From a virus: 64,000 nucleotides of DNA. The notes under the pieces were generated by a model that worked only from the letters and a program-made list of their open reading frames with translations, had not been told where the DNA came from and searched no databases. Positions 19,692 through 28,919 of this stretch are shown one piece after another; position 1 is the first letter of the stretch, and the number at the start of each line of letters is the position of its first letter. The translations under genes were made by a program, and so were the position numbers. The stretch spans positions 28,111 to 92,110 of the IMG/VR virus record IMGVR_UViG_3300022842_000007. One strand, written 5' to 3'.

Positions 19692-19713
19692 TATGCCCAT
19701 ATGGGCACTAAAG

Positions 19714-19721
19714 ACTAAATA
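19714..19721 (+). promoter_or_regulatory. Late promoter ACTAAATA
   Basis: Variant of the late consensus; preceded by the palindrome TGCCCATATGGGCA. Confidence 0.55.
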
Positions 19722-19741
19722 GTACTAAGGAAAATACACTT

Positions 19742-19984
19742 ATGCAAAAGAAAACCCGAAGTCTATTAGAAGAACTTGAATCCATTGGTGTTAACCGCGA
19801 CATTCCTCATCTGGTTGAGTCTCGTGGTAGCAATATCATTACTAGTGCAGTTAATCTATTAGAATTCATTGAGAAAAACTTTAGCGAGGATGACGCTGAT
19901 ATGTTAGAGAAAAAATTATTAAGTGCTATTAAAGGAAGGGATAAAACTCGTTTTTCTAAGACGATGAAAAAAATACAAGGGTAA
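19742..19984 (+). CDS. Hypothetical late protein
   Basis: 80-aa ORF with RBS AAGG. Confidence 0.7.
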   Translation: MQKKTRSLLEELESIGVNRDIPHLVESRGSNIITSAVNLLEFIEKNFSEDDADMLEKKLLSAIKGRDKTRFSKTMKKIQG

Positions 19985-19988
19985 TACA

Positions 19989-20690
19989 ATGAAGTTCGAT
20001 GATGTAATCACAGAAGCCGGTATATTTAAGTTTGGTAACGACAAGAGCGCAGAAAAAGCACCTAGTATTAAAGGCGGAACGAATCGTGCTACAAAATTAT
20101 CAAAGAAAATCTTTCTTGACGATTTTTCAAGTGATTTAATAGGTTCCATACAAAGTGGATTGCAATCCGGCTTGATTCAGCCACCAATTATTGCAACAGC
20201 AAACGAAAATTATAACAGATTAAATCAAATACTCGAAACTGTCATCATGACATCTGAAAATACAGCATCCGCATCCGCAGGAATGGATATAAAGACATAT
20301 ATCGCGCAATGGCTTGGACAATATATGCAAGGGGTTGATTACACTGCGCATAAACCTGCTTTGTCTCGAATAATAGATCAAATAGCAGTAGCATATAACA
20401 ACAGTACTAATCCAAACAGTCCTAATATTGACAGAAATCTTGTAACTCAGTTAGGCAACGGTGGCTGGGCCGCATCAAAAAGTGTAGTGCCAAAAGGCGC
20501 AAAGAATTCAGTACCTGGCAGTACTATCTTGCCACCCAATGCTCCAGATGGACCGATTGATCACGATGCCGCAGACAATACAGGCGACCGAATTGATTAC
20601 GATGAGCCAGCATACAAAAGAGTAATTCCAAGAGAGAAATTCAGTGAGTCAGCCAAACGAGCAGAAAAACTGAAGAATCTGAAGAAGTAA
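19989..20690 (+). CDS. Putative internal head protein
   Basis: N-terminus MKFDDVITE resembles a capsid-targeting/cleavage leader. Confidence 0.55.
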   Translation: MKFDDVITEAGIFKFGNDKSAEKAPSIKGGTNRATKLSKKIFLDDFSSDLIGSIQSGLQSGLIQPPIIATANENYNRLNQILETVIMTSENTASASAGMDIKTYIAQWLGQYMQGVDYTAHKPALSRIIDQIAVAYNNSTNPNSPNIDRNLVTQLGNGGWAASKSVVPKGAKNSVPGSTILPPNAPDGPIDHDAADNTGDRIDYDEPAYKRVIPREKFSESAKRAEKLKNLKK

Positions 20691-20692
20691 TT

Positions 20693-21841
20693 ATGAACCT
20701 TGCCGAGTCACTCGCCAGTTTAACAAAAAAATTAAACGCGATCAGTATAGTTGAGGGCAAAGGACACTTGGACCACCCAGAAGACTTGGTATTTTTAGAT
20801 GATATCGCCGGCGCAAAACAAGCTATCTCAGCAATAGAACAGACTGTAAACAATCCAAACAATATAACAATCAAATGGGATGGTTATCCTGCCCTGATCT
20901 TCGGTCGTGGTACAGACGGTAGATTCTCTGTTATGGACAAGCATATGTTCAATAAGAGAGATGGTACTGGTCGTCAAGTATTCTCTCCTAAAGAATTTAA
21001 AGCATACGATGTAGCACGTGGAGTAAACAGAGGTGACTTGTACAATATTATTAATGGAATATGGTCAGGACTAGAAGCAAGTGATCGAGGCACGTTAGGT
21101 TTTTACTGGGGAGACTTGTTATTTTCTAAACCTCTCACCGCAGTTAACGGCGAGTATTCTTTCAAGGGAAATCCAAATGGCATCGCATACAAAGTCACCG
21201 CAGACAGTGATGTTGGTAAATTGTTAGCAAATAAAAAAGCTGGTATTGCAGTACATCAGTTTATTCCGGCAACTGCATCATCAATTGATGAAGCAGAATC
21301 ACTTGACGGTACAATAGGTACTCTCAAGGACAATTCAGACGTAGCAATTGTTCCTAGCAAAATGCCGATCACGCCTAACATCAAAATGCCAACTGATCTT
21401 AAAGGAAAAGCAGAACAAGAGATTGCCACAAATGCTAATGCTGTGCATTCTCTCATGCAGGCAGCACCTCAGTCCCGCAACTCATTTAACATGCTGTTTA
21501 CAGTATACGTTAACAAGAAAATTGTCTCTCAAGATTTGTCAAACATGTACAGTGGTTTTACAGATTTTATACAAAACCGCAAAATGACAGACTCGATGAG
21601 AACTAAAATTACTACTCATTTCAATAACCATAAAGCCGGTGTTGCTGGCGCATTTAAGATTTGGATAGCAATATATAATCTAAAACAAAATATCATTGCC
21701 CAACTAGATCAGGCCGCTAAGGCCAGCCCGGTTAAAGGGTTTTTAGATGATGGCACAGAGACCCATGAAGGGTTTGTTGCAAATGGTGTTAAGTTTGTCA
21801 ATCGTCAGGGCTTTTCTGCTCAAAATCTCGCTAAAAGATAG
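20693..21841 (+). CDS. ATP-dependent ligase-fold nucleotidyltransferase (RNA-ligase-like), probably virion-associated
   Basis: Motif I TIKWDG, motif III GDLLF, motif IV EGFV, motif V KFVNR; N-terminal HLDHPEDL. Confidence 0.65.
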   Translation: MNLAESLASLTKKLNAISIVEGKGHLDHPEDLVFLDDIAGAKQAISAIEQTVNNPNNITIKWDGYPALIFGRGTDGRFSVMDKHMFNKRDGTGRQVFSPKEFKAYDVARGVNRGDLYNIINGIWSGLEASDRGTLGFYWGDLLFSKPLTAVNGEYSFKGNPNGIAYKVTADSDVGKLLANKKAGIAVHQFIPATASSIDEAESLDGTIGTLKDNSDVAIVPSKMPITPNIKMPTDLKGKAEQEIATNANAVHSLMQAAPQSRNSFNMLFTVYVNKKIVSQDLSNMYSGFTDFIQNRKMTDSMRTKITTHFNNHKAGVAGAFKIWIAIYNLKQNIIAQLDQAAKASPVKGFLDDGTETHEGFVANGVKFVNRQGFSAQNLAKR

Positions 21842-21869
21842 TCTTATAACCTTGTTTTTTTACATTTAG

Positions 21870-21930
21870 CATAAATAAATGTATGGACCTCATGCTGAGG
21901 GACAACAAACTACAGGACTCGGAACGAGTC
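21870..21930 (+). promoter_or_regulatory. Late promoter CATAAATA and two 5'-leader hairpins
   Basis: CCTCA-TGC-TGAGG and GACTCG-GAA-CGAGTC directly downstream. Confidence 0.6.
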
Positions 21931-21950
21931 TTTAAAAAAGGAATATTATA

Positions 21951-22337
21951 ATGGCACAATTTACAAGAGCAAATGGTGATTTTCAACCAGTATTAAGATT
22001 AGACAGCACTTCTTATACTAACGGCGGCGTTAACGTTGCAACTACAGGCGTAACAGTACAACCACAAGGACCCAAGTTAGACTATTGGACAATCACTGCG
22101 GCCGGTGCTTTAACTCCTGCTGACCTTAAAGTCGGTTTTGATATAATTCAAAATAAAGCAACAATCTACATTTATGAGTATACAGACGCGGCTTCTGATC
22201 TATTAGCTATCGCAGTATACCCAACAGCGGCATATGATGCGGCTACGTTGCAGGTTGATGTTCGATTAGGACTTAACGGTTGGGTTGGATGTACAGCCGC
22301 GAGTGGTGCAGAATTTAGTGGTCTAGCACAAGCGTAA
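21951..22337 (+). CDS. Small, probably abundant virion protein (decoration-like)
   Basis: Own late promoter, structured leader, strong RBS and own terminator; Ala/Gly/Thr-rich. Confidence 0.65.
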   Translation: MAQFTRANGDFQPVLRLDSTSYTNGGVNVATTGVTVQPQGPKLDYWTITAAGALTPADLKVGFDIIQNKATIYIYEYTDAASDLLAIAVYPTAAYDAATLQVDVRLGLNGWVGCTAASGAEFSGLAQA

Positions 22338-22359
22338 GCTAACAACGTAACAAATTAAG

Positions 22360-22387
22360 AAGCCTCTTTTATTAGGGGCTTTTTTTT
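22360..22387 (+). terminator. Rho-independent terminator
   Basis: AGCCTCT...AGGGGCT followed by a T run. Confidence 0.75.
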
Positions 22388-22404
22388 GGTTACTAAATAG
22401 TCAT

Positions 22405-22851
22405 ATGAAAAGAATTTCATGTCATACTCTATTTGATATTACCAACACCAATGTGTTGAATCGTTCAAAGCCTGTGGGAGATAATATCGAGTTGTGGACG
22501 ATGCAACGAAATTCACAAGCAAATTTTGACACAATATTACAGTGTATAAGTCTTCGTGGCACACCAGACTTACTACAATATCCTCATAAAATAGAATTTG
22601 ATCCATACTTCGCAACCAAACATTTTGGTTTTTTAATAGACACGTTTAAAGATTTCTGGCATTGGCGATTTGATTTCTCGGTTCAACAGGACTCTGTATT
22701 TGATAACGGCATTGATTCTCTTGGTTATTTGATAAACGATTGTCACGAGATACCTATGCTAACCGTCGGCACAGAATGCCTAAGCAGTTTACCTAACTTC
22801 TTAGACTCTACACCAGAACTAGCCAACATTTACTTCGAGGAGCATGTATGA
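22405..22851 (+). CDS. Hypothetical late protein (leaderless)
   Basis: ACTAAATA 22392-22399, then 5 nt and ATG. Confidence 0.7.
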   Translation: MKRISCHTLFDITNTNVLNRSKPVGDNIELWTMQRNSQANFDTILQCISLRGTPDLLQYPHKIEFDPYFATKHFGFLIDTFKDFWHWRFDFSVQQDSVFDNGIDSLGYLINDCHEIPMLTVGTECLSSLPNFLDSTPELANIYFEEHV

Positions 22852-23402
22852 TGACGAAAGGTGAACTAATAGACAGGGATAAGATAACGCAATTATTTAA
22901 AGCAGAATTGCTCGATGGGTTAAAACACTCGTATATCAGCAATGATGATAGCGGTATCAAATTATTCGGTGAATACAGTATTCGGAGTACACCTGATAAT
23001 TGTTATGTAGTTAGCAAACCTCATTGGGGAGAAGACCTAGAATTTACAAATGCTAAAAATGCCACGACATATTGTGTATTGCATCATAATAATTTCTCAG
23101 AGATCGCAGGAAAAGTTTATACATTAGATGGTAAATTAGCAAGTATTAACTTAGATATTGCTATCCATACAAAAGGATACCAGAATTCTGGTAATACACT
23201 TGATCATAGATTAATTCAATTGACTAAATTGCAACATGATTTAGAAAAAAAGAAACAAATTGTCATACAGTTAACAAAACATATAAATACATCTAAAGAA
23301 ACACAACGCGCCATTTTTGCAAAACAAAAAAATAAGCGGCACCTAAAGACCAGGAATTCTACTGGCGATGATAAATACAAGTACAGATTAACTAGGAACT
23401 GA
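22848..23402 (+). CDS. Hypothetical protein
   Basis: GAGG RBS; overlaps the upstream stop. Confidence 0.65.
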   Translation: MMTKGELIDRDKITQLFKAELLDGLKHSYISNDDSGIKLFGEYSIRSTPDNCYVVSKPHWGEDLEFTNAKNATTYCVLHHNNFSEIAGKVYTLDGKLASINLDIAIHTKGYQNSGNTLDHRLIQLTKLQHDLEKKKQIVIQLTKHINTSKETQRAIFAKQKNKRHLKTRNSTGDDKYKYRLTRN

Positions 23403-23404
23403 TT

Positions 23405-24118
23405 ATGAAATTAAATGATTTAAACACGAAGAAAGGCCACGCCGTCACAGCGTTAAAAGAAAACTTTGAAGTTGATCTTAAAGTAAAGGGTCTTACTAAA
23501 ATACAAACCGAAACAATGCTTAATAAGCTAAAAGGTTTGCTCAAGGAAGCAAAAGAATCACGCACTTTTGGTGCAGACTATCCATCATACATGAAAATGG
23601 TGTTCATGGAACAGGCTCTCCGGGAGCATTACAAAACAGTTCCTGCTACACCAAGAACTAGAGTAATCACTGAAAACGAAGAAGTTAATCGTTCTCAAGT
23701 CATCTTGGCCGCACAGGACATGGTTGATTCTGTTCAAAAAATGTTAGAAGAAGTTTCTGATATGCTGGTCAAAGAAATGCCTGCACTTACGGACAGTATT
23801 CAAAGTGAAATTGGTGTCAATGAAGCACAAGCATTTGATCAAACAGCAGGCCAAGGTCTAGCTGAACTTAATCAATGTTTAGTTTCTGTTAAAGGTCAAC
23901 TTGATCAAGCATTATCTGGTGTCACCGGTGGCGAAGTTATTGATGCATTTGACGGAGACATTGATATGGGCATGGGCGACGGTGAAGTAGCTGTTGATGA
24001 CATGGATGTATCTGCACCAGTTGATGTTGTCGGTAATATAGACGGACCAACAATTGATGATGTAGAAGATATTGACGTAGACGTTTCTACAGGGCCAGTC
24101 GGCAGAGCAAGAAGGTAA
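23405..24118 (+). CDS. Putative prohead core/scaffold-like protein
   Basis: Late promoter at 23370-23377; coiled coil, acidic tail, LKE/ITE sites. Confidence 0.55.
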   Translation: MKLNDLNTKKGHAVTALKENFEVDLKVKGLTKIQTETMLNKLKGLLKEAKESRTFGADYPSYMKMVFMEQALREHYKTVPATPRTRVITENEEVNRSQVILAAQDMVDSVQKMLEEVSDMLVKEMPALTDSIQSEIGVNEAQAFDQTAGQGLAELNQCLVSVKGQLDQALSGVTGGEVIDAFDGDIDMGMGDGEVAVDDMDVSAPVDVVGNIDGPTIDDVEDIDVDVSTGPVGRARR

Positions 24119-24124
24119 GACCCA

Positions 24125-24487
24125 ATGAGGTTTTTCGAATTTGTTGAGCCTGCAGAAGAAGATGCACAGGTTGCCTCTATTATTGCAGTATCTAATCAAT
24201 TGCAACAGCACGTAGAAGACGAGACAGTCAATACGGACGATTTTATGGTTGATGATTTATTAGATTTGTTTCAAGCTAACGGTGTCATCTTAGATGTACA
24301 AGACCTCTACACAATGATTGATAAACCTTTACTTAAAGGAATCATATCAAATATAGAAGGTGACAAAATAGTCTTCAAAGGACACGAGCCAGTTAATATT
24401 GATCCAGATGATAGCAAATCTGATGGTGAAAGTACAGTTGCTAATATGGCAAAATCTGCTCAAACATCACCTGAATTCAAAATTTAA
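24125..24487 (+). CDS. Putative internal head protein
   Basis: N-terminus MRFFEFVE; acidic. Confidence 0.55.
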   Translation: MRFFEFVEPAEEDAQVASIIAVSNQLQQHVEDETVNTDDFMVDDLLDLFQANGVILDVQDLYTMIDKPLLKGIISNIEGDKIVFKGHEPVNIDPDDSKSDGESTVANMAKSAQTSPEFKI

Positions 24488-24526
24488 CCCAATTTAATAG
24501 ACACAGGTAAAGAAATGCTTTATACT
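24487..24526 (+). promoter_or_regulatory. CC-N7 class promoter (TAGACA-N17-TATACT)
   Basis: Read directly. Confidence 0.6.
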
Positions 24527-24549
24527 TGTGTATAAGGACAATTACTTTA

Positions 24550-24867
24550 ATGGACGTTACACAAATAGCAAAAGAAAAAATTAAAATGCACCTTGACAAC
24601 AGGGGCAAAGGCTTTGGTATACGTATAGGTATTGAAACGACTGGTTGCAGTGGTTATGCCTACAAACTTGAGTTTGCTGACATAATAGAGCCTGAAGATA
24701 TCAGATCAGATTATGATGGTTTCTCGGTGTTCATTGATCCCAAGGCTAAAACAATGCTTGACGGCATAACAGTTGATTATCAGAAAAAAGGACTCAATGA
24801 AGGTTTCGAGTTCATCAATCCAATAGAAAAAGCACGATGTGGTTGCGGAGAGAGCTTTACAATTTGA
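24550..24867 (+). CDS. iscA: A-type Fe-S cluster carrier (IscA/HesB)
   Basis: TTGCSGYAY and C-terminal CGCGESF. Confidence 0.93.
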   Translation: MDVTQIAKEKIKMHLDNRGKGFGIRIGIETTGCSGYAYKLEFADIIEPEDIRSDYDGFSVFIDPKAKTMLDGITVDYQKKGLNEGFEFINPIEKARCGCGESFTI

Positions 24868-25769
24868 AGTTGAAGATATCTCATTTAGTAGCCAATGGTT
24901 GTAGTTATACCTACGGTCATGGAATTCCTAATCCACTAGAAGATGCTTGGCCTTCTCTAGTAGCAAAAGAATTAGGTGTTCCTTTAGTCAATCTAGCTAT
25001 TCCTGGACAAGGGAATGACGCGATATATAGACACACAAATCGATATTTTTATAAAAATTTATACTATGATAACAATCCGTTATATATTCATGCATATTCT
25101 CAGTCTGCACGACAAGAAATATATGCTCACACAGATGTCCAGGGAAATATTAGCCAAGCGCATCAGTTACTTGATTCGAGCCCAGGCAACAAGTTGGCAC
25201 TTGATAAAGAAGTATTGTTGCAAACTGATGAGTGGGCATACCATTTACTAGAAGAACACAAATGTCATCTCTGGGCCAGCATTAATGCATTGTTAGATTC
25301 TTATAAGATTAACCACTTAGCAAGTGACTATATGCCACAGACAGATGGTGCAGTCCGGTCCTGGATGTGGCAACATAATTACAATTTACAGGCTGAAATA
25401 TACACTCATAGTAATAAATTAACAGACTTTAATATAGTCACTCACCATATACCTAAAACTTCATGCTTGCATGAGACTGAAGAAGGACACCGATACCTTG
25501 CAGATTATATCCTGCGGCAAATAAATGCTAGATGGGACGGTGTAGAAGTAATAACAGAAGACTATGCAACATTAGGAGACTCGATGGTAGTAGCACCAAA
25601 TGCAAGTGATCGTATTCGACGTATAGGTATAGACAGAACAAAAGTAGATGAAGTAAAAGAATTGCCTAGTCAGTGGCTACACAATCTTTATTATCTAAAT
25701 GAATTAGGTTTGCCTTGGCTCGATATGCATTGGATGGGTAAACCACACCTCGAGGCTGAACTACCATGA
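24864..25769 (+). CDS. SGNH/GDSL hydrolase-like protein
   Basis: ANGCSYTYG, NLAIPGQGN, late His motif CLHETEEGH; start uncertain (TTGA overlap assumed). Confidence 0.65.
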   Translation: MKLKISHLVANGCSYTYGHGIPNPLEDAWPSLVAKELGVPLVNLAIPGQGNDAIYRHTNRYFYKNLYYDNNPLYIHAYSQSARQEIYAHTDVQGNISQAHQLLDSSPGNKLALDKEVLLQTDEWAYHLLEEHKCHLWASINALLDSYKINHLASDYMPQTDGAVRSWMWQHNYNLQAEIYTHSNKLTDFNIVTHHIPKTSCLHETEEGHRYLADYILRQINARWDGVEVITEDYATLGDSMVVAPNASDRIRRIGIDRTKVDEVKELPSQWLHNLYYLNELGLPWLDMHWMGKPHLEAELP

Positions 25770-26449
25770 TAACACCTAAATATCCCTACAAAATCCTTGA
25801 GAAAGGTGACTACAATGGATCGCGCAAATACCATGCTCCAGGCGGCCAGAAACTTCCGAGTGTTACAACTATATTAAGTGCCACTTCATCAGAAGAAAAG
25901 AAACAAGGATTAGAGGCCTGGCGCAAGCGAGTTGGATATGCCCAAGCGGAAGCGATCACTCTTGAAGCGGGAAGTCGTGGAACACGCATGCACAAGTGGC
26001 TCGAAGACTACATCAAAACAGATGTGAGAGGGACTCCTGGTTCAAACCCATACAGTAAACAAAGTTATAAAATGGCTCGGGAGATTATTGGTAAAGGACT
26101 TAAAAACTGTGATGAGTATTGGGGTACTGAAATTTCATTATGGTTCCCTGACATCTATGCTGGCACCACTGATTTAGTCGGTGTACACGCAGGTGATGAC
26201 GCTATCATGGATCACAAACAATCGAACAAGCCCAAAAAGCGTGAATGGATTGATGAGTACTTCATTCAGCTAACCGCTTACGCTGATGCTCACAACGAAC
26301 TCTACGGCACAAAAATACGCAAAGGTGTTATCTTTATGTGTAGTAAAGATTACCAATACCAAGAATTTATTGTCCAAGGCAATGAGTTTGATAGGTATCA
26401 CCAACTGTGGTTAAAGAAATTAGATCAATACTATACCCAGTTTCTGTAG
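25766..26449 (+). CDS. PD-(D/E)xK exonuclease (RecB/Cas4-like phage exonuclease)
   Basis: LPSVTTIL, RGTRMH, AGTTD, MDHK, QLTAY. Confidence 0.85.
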   Translation: MITPKYPYKILEKGDYNGSRKYHAPGGQKLPSVTTILSATSSEEKKQGLEAWRKRVGYAQAEAITLEAGSRGTRMHKWLEDYIKTDVRGTPGSNPYSKQSYKMAREIIGKGLKNCDEYWGTEISLWFPDIYAGTTDLVGVHAGDDAIMDHKQSNKPKKREWIDEYFIQLTAYADAHNELYGTKIRKGVIFMCSKDYQYQEFIVQGNEFDRYHQLWLKKLDQYYTQFL

Positions 26450-26508
26450 TCTTCTAGCTTTCTAAAATTTCTAAGATAAATAAGTATAATCACAGGAAAG
26501 TTATACTT

Positions 26509-28773
26509 ATGGCTATTATTCAAATCTCTAAACTTCAACAACGAGCAGGTAACCTGGTTGACTTACCTCAACTAGTGGAAGCAGAAATGGCCTGGGCATC
26601 TGATGCCAGAAGACTTTTCATTGGTAAAACAGTTAGCGGCTTAGAGAATGTTGAAGTATTAACCTCGTATTCTGCTATTACTTTTAGTCAAATTGACGGC
26701 GCAGTCGGAAATCTAAACATCTCAAATACAGTGGCTGATGGCCAAGTACTTGCATACGATGGTACTAATTGGGTCAACAAGGGTGGAACTGTTGGTGGCA
26801 CAGTCGATCTAGGTGCAGTAGGTAATGTATCAATCGCAGGTGGATCAACTGGTTATGTCTTAGAAACTGATGGTCTTGGTAATCTTACGTGGTCTTCAAA
26901 AGGCACAGAAACTGCATTCATTCAATCAATTTCACAAGCAAATCCAGGTTTAGTCACGACTGCTGATAACAGTTCACTAGTCTCGGGTGCGGCAGTCACG
27001 ATTACTAACTGTCCAGGAATGACTGAGGTCAACGGTGGCACATATTATGCAAACGTGCAGACATCAAATACATTTACACTTTACTCTGATCTAGCGTTAT
27101 CTACTGCGGTGGATACATCTGGATTTACTGCCTACTCGAACACATCAATGACTGCGACTTCTACTGCTACTAATATTATCACAGTCGGTGATGCGACATT
27201 GTTTGCCCTGAATATACCAGCAAGATTTGTCGGTGATGTCAGCGGAACAAACCTAGATAACGCGAATACTTTTTATATTAAAACAGCATCAGGTACTTCT
27301 GTCACAGTTTCAGACGAATTGTTAGCTAACGGAGTTGCTGGTAGTGTATTTGCATTACAGACGGTCTCTGGTCTTTCTGTTAGCATGTATGGAACGGGCG
27401 GTAGATTAGTATCTCCATTAGGTGGCGCAACTAGCGCGGCAAGTGCAGGGTCATCAACAAATACACAAGTTTTGTACAATGACACAAATTTAATACAAGG
27501 CGATGCAGACTTTACATACGACTCTACTGGAGCCGGATTGTTAACATTAACTGGCAACGCTAATGTTGGTAACTTGAACAGCACTGGTTCAGTTACATCA
27601 TCAAGACTTTTTTCAAACGTAGCAACAGGTACAACTCCAATTGTTGTCACATCTACCACACGAGTAGCAAATTTAAACGTATCAAATTCACTTGTCTCAG
27701 GTACGGTATATACAGCGGCACAGCCGGCAATTACTTCTGTTGGTACACTAGTATCGTTAGCAGTAACAGGAAATATTACTTCGGGTAATGTAGCAGGTAC
27801 AGGTGGAGTATTCACGTATGTCTCGGGAGATGGAGCAAACTTAACTGCTTTGTCTGGCGCAAATGTAACTGGTGAAGTGCCGTTCGCGGATACAGCAAAC
27901 GCAGTAGCAGGAGCTAATGTATCAGGCGCAGTAAGTTTCGCAACTACAGCAAACAATGTAGCAGGAGCAAACGTCTCTGGTGAAGTTGATTTTGCACAAG
28001 TAGCAAACGCAGTAGCAGGAGCAAATGTATCAGGTGCTGTCGCATTAGCAACAAGTGCTACATCTGCAAATGCAGTAGCTGGAGCTAACGTCTCTGGTAC
28101 TGTTCCTTCAGCAACTCTAGCAACTTTTGCAACAACAGCAAACGCAGTAGCAGGTGGTAACGTATCAGGTACAGTTGCTTTGGCAACAACAGCAGGCTCT
28201 GTAACAACTGCGGCACAAGGAAATATCACATCAGTCGGTGCACTTACTTCACTCACTGTCAGTGGAGCATTGAATGTATTAGCTGGTACATTACAAGCAG
28301 ACACATTAACAACAGGTGCATCAGGCACTGCGGGTTCGATCACGGGTAACTGGACATTGACATCAGGCTCACGCCTTACTGCAACATATGCGGATTTGGC
28401 TGAGTACTATGAAGGTGATAGTGAATACGAATCTGGGCAAGTTTTAGATTTCGGTGGCGAAAAAGAAGTTCATCTTTCTGCTACTGAATGCAGTCAACGA
28501 GTAGCTGGTATTGTTACCACTTCACCAGCATATGTCATGAACGACGATTGTCCAGGACTTAAAGTTGCGGTTGCTCTACAAGGGCGAGTACCGACTAAAG
28601 TAACAGGCAAATGTGAGAAAGGAGACATGATGGTCTCTGATGGTGCAGGACATGCAACTGCTTGGTACAATGTAGTAACCAGTATGCAACCAGGTGTTGT
28701 TATAGGTAAAGCAATTCAAGCACGTACGGACACTGATCTTGGTATTATAGAAATAGCAGTCGGCCGACTCTAG
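26509..28773 (+). CDS. Tail fibre/spike with Mtd-N-like start and C-terminal autocleaving chaperone
   Basis: QQRAG..LPQL..AEMAWASD.RRLFIG N-terminus; ANAVAGANVSG repeats; ADLAEYY...GRVP.KV...IGKA C-terminus; late promoter 26475-26482. Confidence 0.8.
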   Translation: MAIIQISKLQQRAGNLVDLPQLVEAEMAWASDARRLFIGKTVSGLENVEVLTSYSAITFSQIDGAVGNLNISNTVADGQVLAYDGTNWVNKGGTVGGTVDLGAVGNVSIAGGSTGYVLETDGLGNLTWSSKGTETAFIQSISQANPGLVTTADNSSLVSGAAVTITNCPGMTEVNGGTYYANVQTSNTFTLYSDLALSTAVDTSGFTAYSNTSMTATSTATNIITVGDATLFALNIPARFVGDVSGTNLDNANTFYIKTASGTSVTVSDELLANGVAGSVFALQTVSGLSVSMYGTGGRLVSPLGGATSAASAGSSTNTQVLYNDTNLIQGDADFTYDSTGAGLLTLTGNANVGNLNSTGSVTSSRLFSNVATGTTPIVVTSTTRVANLNVSNSLVSGTVYTAAQPAITSVGTLVSLAVTGNITSGNVAGTGGVFTYVSGDGANLTALSGANVTGEVPFADTANAVAGANVSGAVSFATTANNVAGANVSGEVDFAQVANAVAGANVSGAVALATSATSANAVAGANVSGTVPSATLATFATTANAVAGGNVSGTVALATTAGSVTTAAQGNITSVGALTSLTVSGALNVLAGTLQADTLTTGASGTAGSITGNWTLTSGSRLTATYADLAEYYEGDSEYESGQVLDFGGEKEVHLSATECSQRVAGIVTTSPAYVMNDDCPGLKVAVALQGRVPTKVTGKCEKGDMMVSDGAGHATAWYNVVTSMQPGVVIGKAIQARTDTDLGIIEIAVGRL
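27840..28200 (+). repeat. Coding tandem repeats (ANAVAG[A/G]NVSG units)
   Basis: About 6-7 imperfect 54-72-bp units; the same units occur in 49430-52438. Confidence 0.85.
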
Positions 28774-28800
28774 TACAAATAGCTAAAATCTCAAACTAAT

Positions 28801-28890
28801 CATAAATACATTTGATTGTTCTCGTTTATTCGAAAACTCAAATAAACAATCTCATGCGGGTTTGCCCCCGAACGTGCGACCTAGAACGTC
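28801..28890 (+). ncRNA. Candidate structured 5' leader RNA after the late promoter CATAAATA
   Basis: Three stems plus a possible loop-to-5' pairing (see findings). Confidence 0.35.
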
Positions 28891-28919
28891 TCAAACTCAA
28901 ATCTTAGGAGAAAAACAAA

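Noticed and set aside
25766-26449. Cas4 or anti-CRISPR system
   Set aside because: A common phage PD-(D/E)xK exonuclease without the four-Cys Fe-S motif or any CRISPR context.
27273-28343. Long antisense ORFs (also 50722-52038 and others)
   Set aside because: Shadow frames of Ala/Thr/Gly/Val-rich genes; no promoter or RBS, and low complexity.
26509-28773. Diversity-generating retroelement (Mtd-N-like start plus duplicated tracts)
   Set aside because: No reverse transcriptase in the window, both copies are coding, and the duplicated tracts are internal rather than a C-terminal variable region.
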